Part shown: in pieces, positions 58,453 to 64,000 of the stretch
Position numbering within the stretch: the first letter of the stretch is position 1
Layout: the number at the start of each line of letters is the position of its first letter
Position numbers and translations under genes: made by a program
NCBI RefSeq assembly: GCF_965208055.1
Contig: NZ_CBDBNY010000004.1
Span: forward strand, 320,045-384,044
DNA length: 64,000 bases
Direction: 5' to 3'
From: Candidatus Palauibacter sp.
GTDB lineage: Bacteria > Gemmatimonadota > Gemmatimonadetes > Palauibacterales > Palauibacteraceae
The notes under the pieces: generated by a model
What the model saw: the letters and a program-made list of their open reading frames with translations, nothing else
Databases searched by the model: none
Told to the model about the DNA's origin: nothing

Positions 58453-58910
58453 GCGATCGACGGGCCGCATCGGGCTCCGGTCCGCTGACCGGCCGAGCGC
58501 TCGTCCCGGGCGCCGCGGAAGGCGCCGTGCTCTACTCCTCCGAGCCGCTCAGCTTCTGGGGGGGCTACGACGCCGAGACCGGGGAGATCATCGACCGGCG
58601 CCATCCGCTGGCCGGCCGAACCGGCGCCGGCCGCATCCTGGCCATTCCCGCGACCCGCGGGTCCAGTACCACGACCGCCGTGCTCCTCGAGGCCATCCGG
58701 CGCGGCACGGCCCCGGCGGCGTTTCTGACCCGCGGCCCCGACACCTTCCTCGCGCTCGCCGCCATAGTCGCCGCCCAGCTCTACGGCCGCGCCCCACCGG
58801 TCATCGCCCTATCCCCCGAGGACTACGAAACCCTGCGTCGGATCCCCCGCGCCCGCGTCGATGCCACGGGCGCGGTCAGACTCCTCCAAACTGCGGATCA
58901 GCGGCGGTAG
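58449..58910 (+). CDS. Aconitase X, swivel (small) subunit, DUF126-like
   Basis: GTGA coupling; PLSFWGGYD..TG.IID..HPL.G, RGSST, GTAPAA. Confidence 0.87.
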   Translation: MSDRRAASGSGPLTGRALVPGAAEGAVLYSSEPLSFWGGYDAETGEIIDRRHPLAGRTGAGRILAIPATRGSSTTTAVLLEAIRRGTAPAAFLTRGPDTFLALAAIVAAQLYGRAPPVIALSPEDYETLRRIPRARVDATGAVRLLQTADQRR

Positions 58911-60370
58911 TCGAGCGGCGGCGGGCGGTCGCCCAGCAGCGCCTCGTACGCGAAGTCCGTCCCGCGACGCTCCGTCAGTTCCTCCCACGCGGCCGCGATC
59001 ACATCCGGCGACTGGAAGAGTTCGATTGTCGTCAGCGCCAGCGTCTTGGCCGCGACCATCATCCCCTTCGTGCCGATGTCCGTGCCGCCGGCCGCGACCG
59101 CCTGCCAGCTGTGCGCGGAGGTGCCCGGCACCCAGGTCGCCGTCGACAGGCCAGTCGTCGGCACGACCCAGCTGATGTCGCCCACGTCCGTCGAGCCGCC
59201 GCCCACGCCCTCGACCCCGAACTCCTCGATCTCCTCCTCGGAGCCCAGCGGCCGGGAGGAGCCGCCCTCGAACGTGGCTTGGATCTGCCGGGCGAAGGCG
59301 CGTTCCGCCTCGGTGTACTCGACGCCGCCGACCTTGCGCAGGTTCGCGTCCATCACCTGCCCCAGGGCGACGTTGGGCACGAGGTCGTACAGCCCGTGGA
59401 TGACCTCGTACTCCATCTCCGTCCCGGTCCCGAGCGCCGCGCCCTCGGCCGCGCGCGCCACGCGCTCGAACAACTCGAGCACGGTGGGGGCGTTCGGGTG
59501 CCGCACGTAGTAGTAGACCTCGGCGAAGTCCGGCACGACGTTGGGCGCGAACCCACCGTGCGTGATCACGTAGTGGATGCGCGTCTCCTGCGGCACGTGC
59601 TCGCGCAGGAGGTTCACCATGTGGTTCATCGCCTCCACCCCGTCGAGCGCGCTCCGGCCCCGCTCCGGCGCCCCGGCGGCGTGCGCGGAGTAGCCGCTGA
59701 AGCGGAACTTCGCCGACTTGTTGGCCAGCGAGCGTCCCGCCCGGGCGCTGTTCTGCGAACCTGGGTGCCAGTGCAGCGCCACGTCCACATCATCGAACAG
59801 GCCGTCGCGCACCATGTACACCTTGCCCGCGCCGCCTTCCTCGGCCGGCGTGCCGTAGAGCCGGATCGTCCCTGCGTGGCCGGACTCGTCGAGCCATTCC
59901 TTGACCGCGATGGCCGCCGCCACCGATCCCGCGCCGAACAGGTGGTGGCCGCACGCGTGACCCGCGCCCCCCTCGATGATGGGCGCGCGTTCGGGCACCG
60001 CGTCCTGCGAGATCCCCGGCAACGCATCGTACTCCGCCAGAATCCCGATGATCGGTCCTCCCGAGCCGTAGCTCGCGACGAAGGCGGTGGGCATGCCCGC
60101 GACCCCGGATTCAACGGAGAACCCGGCCGCGTCGAGTTCGGCCTTCAGCAGCTCCGAACTCTGCTCCTCCTGGTAGCCGACCTCGGCCCACTCCCAGATC
60201 TGCCGCGCGACGCCTGCGTAGTGGTCCCGGCGCGCCTCGATCCCCGCGATCTGCGCGTCCTGAGCCGCCGCCACGAGGGGCAGCGGAAATACGGCCACGA
60301 AGGCGCCGGCGAGGAGCCGACGACGGCGGACGTTCCTGTTCACGACGGAACACTTGGCTGACATGGACAT
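58898..60370 (-). CDS. M20 amidohydrolase, AbgB-like
   Basis: EYDALPG, GHACGHHLFG, GTPAEEGG, GSTDVGDISW, HSWQ; signal peptide. Start uncertain. Confidence 0.88.
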   Translation of the reverse strand: MSMSAKCSVVNRNVRRRRLLAGAFVAVFPLPLVAAAQDAQIAGIEARRDHYAGVARQIWEWAEVGYQEEQSSELLKAELDAAGFSVESGVAGMPTAFVASYGSGGPIIGILAEYDALPGISQDAVPERAPIIEGGAGHACGHHLFGAGSVAAAIAVKEWLDESGHAGTIRLYGTPAEEGGAGKVYMVRDGLFDDVDVALHWHPGSQNSARAGRSLANKSAKFRFSGYSAHAAGAPERGRSALDGVEAMNHMVNLLREHVPQETRIHYVITHGGFAPNVVPDFAEVYYYVRHPNAPTVLELFERVARAAEGAALGTGTEMEYEVIHGLYDLVPNVALGQVMDANLRKVGGVEYTEAERAFARQIQATFEGGSSRPLGSEEEIEEFGVEGVGGGSTDVGDISWVVPTTGLSTATWVPGTSAHSWQAVAAGGTDIGTKGMMVAAKTLALTTIELFQSPDVIAAAWEELTERRGTDFAYEALLGDRPPPLDYRR

Positions 60371-60485
60371 GCTTCTGGAACTCCTCGAAGGGGGACGGAT
60401 AGAACGGTCTGGAGAAGCTGGCCCGCAGAAGCGCGTCTGGCTAGCCTTTGTCGCCGTTTCCTGTATCGATCACGGGGGGTTGGGG

Positions 60486-61358
60486 GTGGAGATAACGAAG
60501 TTTCCGGGGATCCTGTGCGTGCTGGCCGCGGCCCTCACGGCCGTTCCGGCGGAGTCCCTGCAGGAAGCACAGGAAGAAACGGACCCGAGTTGGGAGTACA
60601 ACGCCGAGTTGAGCCTGCTTTTTACCTCGGGTAACTCGACCGTTCGCACCTTCGGGATCGGCGGGGGAGCCCGGCGTGAGTGGGCGGGCGGTGAGCTGTC
60701 CCTGCGCGCGGGCGGCCTTCGGACCGAGTCCGGCACGACCCGCCGCATCGCCGTCGGCACGGCGGACAACTTCGCGGTGAGGAGCGAGTCCGATCCCGAG
60801 CCGACGGCCGAGAACTACTTCGCGCGGGGCGAATTCGAGCGTTCGTTCTCGGACCGCGTCCACCTCACGACGGGCGCCGGCTGGGAGCGGAACACCTTCG
60901 CGGGGTACGAGAGCAAGCTCTCCCTGGTCGGCGGCATCGGAAACGTGTGGATCGACAACGAGAGGACCCGGCTCAAGAGCGACTACGGGTTGACCCTCAC
61001 CGCCCAGAACGACGTCATCGAGGATCCCGACAAGAGCTCGACCTTCGGCGGAGTCCGCGTCTCCACCAGCTTTCGGCGCCAATTGACGGAGACGGCCAAC
61101 CTCGAGAGCACGCTGACGCTGGACGAGAACCTCACGGATGCCGCGGACCTCCGCGCCGATCTTGCCAACTCCCTGGCGGTCGACATCAACAGCTCCCTGG
61201 CCGTGAAGACGGGCCTCCGCCTCGTGTGGGACAACGCGCCGGCCCTGACGCGGGCGCCGCTGGAAGATGGCGCAGGGGTCTCGACCGGCGAAATGGTCCT
61301 CGTTCCGCGCCACAAGCTGGACTCCACGCTGACGATCGCGCTCGTCGCCAACTTCTGA
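60486..61358 (+). CDS. DUF481-like outer membrane beta-barrel protein
   Basis: Signal peptide; TSGNS, TAENY, alternating strands, terminal LVANF. Start uncertain. Confidence 0.72.
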   Translation: MEITKFPGILCVLAAALTAVPAESLQEAQEETDPSWEYNAELSLLFTSGNSTVRTFGIGGGARREWAGGELSLRAGGLRTESGTTRRIAVGTADNFAVRSESDPEPTAENYFARGEFERSFSDRVHLTTGAGWERNTFAGYESKLSLVGGIGNVWIDNERTRLKSDYGLTLTAQNDVIEDPDKSSTFGGVRVSTSFRRQLTETANLESTLTLDENLTDAADLRADLANSLAVDINSSLAVKTGLRLVWDNAPALTRAPLEDGAGVSTGEMVLVPRHKLDSTLTIALVANF

Positions 61359-61397
61359 CCCGCGAGCCGCCCGTCCCGCGCCCGGGACCGGGGCGCT

Positions 61398-62501
61398 CTA
61401 GTCCGGGACGGGAAGCTCCGCGAGCCCCTCGGTGACTTGCTGGCCGGCGGTCATGCCTCCGACGATGAAGGTTCGGTCGCCCGCCAGTGCGATGCCGCGG
61501 TGGTCCATCGTGGACGTGCCCGGCGCCTCGGCCGCGATCCAGCTCTCGGTCGCGACATCGAAGGCGAACGCACCCGCCCAGGGCTCGGCCGGCCGTCCGT
61601 CGTACCCGATCCCGTTGTAGTTGTAGGGATTAGCCGACCCGCCGGCGAAGAGGATGCGGGACCCGATGCCGGCGGCTGCGGCGCGGTAGAGTCCCGGTCC
61701 GGGATGGTCGGGGAGGCGCTCCCAGGCGATACGGGCGGGCTCGAGCGGGTCGATTCGCCCCAGCCACGATGAAGCTTCGAGGACGAAAGTTCGGGGATCC
61801 GCCTGCACACGCGCGCCATCGATGTACACGATCGCGTCTCCCGCGATGCCGCCCGCGTGTCCGAAGACGGGCGGACCCGGGATCGGCGTCGCCTGCTCCC
61901 AGGCGTTCCGCTCCGGATCGTAGATCTGGACGGCGGCCACGTTGTCCGAGTCGTGCCAGCCCGAGACGAGGAAGATCAGCGAGTCGCGCCACACGCCCGA
62001 GACGGCGTCGTCCACGGGTACGGGCATGGGAGCGGCTCGCCCCCACCGTCCCGTCTCCGGGTCGAGGATGTCGACCTGGGGGACGGACTGTTCCGCGCCG
62101 TCTTCCGCGACGGTGTAGCCGCCGAAGAGGAAGATCCTGCCGTCGAACGCCTGGGCGGTCGCGGCGAGGCGGCCGGGTCCGGGCGGAGGCTCGATAGCCT
62201 GCCACGCCGGGCTCCCGATGTCCCACCGGAAGGAGGCCGTCGTCACGCCCGACCAGAGCTTCGTCGAGTCGATCCCGAGGAAGGAGAAGACGGACCAGCC
62301 CGTGGATGTCTCGAGCGCCGCCACGGCGTTGTTGGCCACGGGCATCGGGAGCGGCGGCGGGGCATCCGGGCCGGAGTCCCCGCTGTTCCCGGGCGTCCCG
62401 CACCCGGTTCCCGCGAGCGCCGCCCCCAGGCTTAAGGCGCGAAGCCCGGCACGCACCGGGGTCGGCGCCCCGTGCAGCAGGACCGACCTCACGGCCTGCA
62501 T
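61398..62501 (-). CDS. Kelch-repeat lipoprotein
   Basis: GTGC lipobox; repeated LFGGY, LVSGW, FAGG and IVGG motifs with downstream Trp. Confidence 0.8.
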   Translation of the reverse strand: MQAVRSVLLHGAPTPVRAGLRALSLGAALAGTGCGTPGNSGDSGPDAPPPLPMPVANNAVAALETSTGWSVFSFLGIDSTKLWSGVTTASFRWDIGSPAWQAIEPPPGPGRLAATAQAFDGRIFLFGGYTVAEDGAEQSVPQVDILDPETGRWGRAAPMPVPVDDAVSGVWRDSLIFLVSGWHDSDNVAAVQIYDPERNAWEQATPIPGPPVFGHAGGIAGDAIVYIDGARVQADPRTFVLEASSWLGRIDPLEPARIAWERLPDHPGPGLYRAAAAGIGSRILFAGGSANPYNYNGIGYDGRPAEPWAGAFAFDVATESWIAAEAPGTSTMDHRGIALAGDRTFIVGGMTAGQQVTEGLAELPVPD

Positions 62502-62513
62502 GTCATCCGCACG

Positions 62514-63254
62514 TCAGAAGAACCCGAGCTGGTCCGGGGGCGTGTCGCCGGCAGCGGGGCGCTCTCGCCAGCCCGCTGCCTCCCGGATCGGGGCGCTCCG
62601 CGGCTTCGCGCAGGCCGCATCGTCCGCGGCCACGCCGTTGACCCGGCGGCTGACCGCGAACACCTCCAGCGTCTCCGCGTCGAACGGCTGCAGCGGCTCC
62701 ATGGTGCGCTCCGAGATGTCGAGATCGAGCCACATCTGCGCGCCCTCGCCCTCGAGGATGACCGGCATGCGGCCGTGCAGCGGTTCGAGCAACTCGTTCG
62801 CGTCCGTCGTGACGATCGTGCAGGAGGGGACCGGGCCGTTCGGCCCCCGCCACACGTCGCACAGGCCCGCGAGCGCCATCGGCCCCCGATCCCGCCGCCG
62901 GATGAAGTAGGGCTGCTTCAGACCGCTCTCCTTTCGCCACTCGTAGAAGCCGTCGGCGAGGATCGCGCAGCGCCGGTCGATGACGAGGTCGCGAAACGCC
63001 CGGCGGGTCTCCAACGACTCGGAGCGGGCGTTGATCATGAGCGGGAGCGAAGCGGGGTCCTCCGCCCAGTGCGGGATCAGCCCCCAGCGCAGCGAGACGA
63101 GTTCGCGCCCCGCCTCGCCTCGCCGCAGCGCGATGACTTCGTCGGTGGGCGCCACGTTGAACCGCGCCCCCCGGTCGCCGAGTCGCGACGGGTCGGCCTC
63201 GAAGAGTTCGGCCAGGTCCGGCACCGGGGTCTGAAGGCTGAATCGTCCGCACAT
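62514..63254 (-). CDS. SOS response-associated peptidase (SRAP, YedK/HMCES family)
   Basis: MCGRF start, FNVAPT, WGLIP, INARSE, GFYEW, HGRMPVIL. Confidence 0.93.
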   Translation of the reverse strand: MCGRFSLQTPVPDLAELFEADPSRLGDRGARFNVAPTDEVIALRRGEAGRELVSLRWGLIPHWAEDPASLPLMINARSESLETRRAFRDLVIDRRCAILADGFYEWRKESGLKQPYFIRRRDRGPMALAGLCDVWRGPNGPVPSCTIVTTDANELLEPLHGRMPVILEGEGAQMWLDLDISERTMEPLQPFDAETLEVFAVSRRVNGVAADDAACAKPRSAPIREAAGWRERPAAGDTPPDQLGFF

Positions 63255-63392
63255 GCCGCCAAGGTAACGTGCGGCACGGCCGGCGGCCCCGTTGCGGGTC
63301 CCGGCGCGCGCGCCGACAATCCTCCGGCCCGGTGACCGAGCCGGGCCTTGTTCCCCGAACCGCAAACCAGCCACTCGAAGGGCATAGATCAG

Positions 63393-64000
63393 ATGAAGAT
63401 CGCACTCGTTCAGCAGTCTGCCGGACCCGATCGCACCCGGAACCTCGAGCGGGCGCTCGACGCGATGGGGCGCGCCGCGTCGGAGGGCGCCGATCTCGTC
63501 GCGTTCCCCGAACTCGCGATCGACCGCTTCTTTCCGCAGCGGCCGGACGACCCCGGCGCCGCGGAGATCGCGGAGCCGATCCCCGGTCCCACCTGCGACC
63601 GAATCGCCGCCCGCGCCGGCGAACTCGGACTCGTGACCGTGTTCAACCAGTACGAACTCGGGCCCGACGGGCGATGCTACGACAGCACGCCCGTCTTCGA
63701 CGCGGACGGCTCGCCGCTCGGCGTGACGCGCATGATGCACATCACCGAGTACGCGTGCTTCCACGAACAGCACTACTACGCGAAGGGCGACACGGACGCG
63801 CTCGTCTACGACACCGCCGTGGGACGCGTGGGCGTCGCGATCTGCTACGACCGCCACTATCCGGAGTACATGCGGCGGCTGGGAGAACAGGGGGCGCAAC
63901 TCGTCGTCATCCCGCAGGCCGGGGCGGTCGGAGAGTGGCCCGAAGGGCTATTCGAGGCCGAGTTGCGCGTGGCGGCCTTCCAGAACGGCTACTTCGCCGC
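63393..64000 (+). CDS. Carbon-nitrogen hydrolase (nitrilase superfamily), runs off the window
   Basis: Not in the ORF track; translated by hand: MKIALVQQ, VAFPEL, HEQHYY, GVAICYDRHYPE. Confidence 0.88.
   Translation, partial: MKIALVQQSAGPDRTRNLERALDAMGRAASEGADLVAFPELAIDRFFPQRPDDPGAAEIAEPIPGPTCDRIAARAGELGLVTVFNQYELGPDGRCYDSTPVFDADGSPLGVTRMMHITEYACFHEQHYYAKGDTDALVYDTAVGRVGVAICYDRHYPEYMRRLGEQGAQLVVIPQAGAVGEWPEGLFEAELRVAAFQNGYFA

Noticed and set aside
368-63899. Many long alternative-frame or antisense ORFs (e.g. 3696-5927, 9485-11581, 34184-36655, 37223-39733, 48878-51244)
   Set aside because: They overlap well-supported genes, are Arg/Pro/Gly-rich or mirror the real gene's codons, and carry no motifs; expected in high-GC DNA.

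Overview
High-GC bacterial DNA, densely coding. The gene repertoire (6-bladed beta-propeller lipoproteins, carboxypeptidase-regulatory-like proteins, PQQ and VPS10 propellers) suggests Gemmatimonadota; this is inference only. Blocks in order: (1) 1-9.3 kb, a metal (probably Zn) homeostasis island with TolC/CzcC, two CDF paralogs, a ZIP-like protein, a His/Cys-rich 2x53-aa protein, two degraded copies of one IS, and a RAPP-ending leader ORF before a TonB-dependent receptor and lipoprotein. (2) 9.5-21 kb, metabolic and transport genes (PQQ dehydrogenase, M20, CadI/ArsI plus SigZ-like sigma, DadA-like, pdxH, NSS, SulP). (3) 21.4-33 kb, a beta-glucan utilisation locus with no SusC/SusD: a repeat lipoprotein, GH16, a GPH/MFS transporter with a circularly permuted copy of the lipoprotein repeat inserted in a predicted periplasmic loop, GH3, and a clan GH-A hydrolase fused to a probable outer-membrane barrel. 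(4) 33-64 kb, peptide and amino-acid scavenging genes, a pair of orphan paralogs, tandem propeller genes (one frameshifted by a 34-bp duplication), an ATPase plus TOPRIM-like candidate defence pair, split aconitase X, SRAP and a nitrilase-family gene lacking the usual catalytic Lys. No rRNA, tRNA or CRISPR array was recognised. Functional calls come from motif recognition by eye, not database searches.
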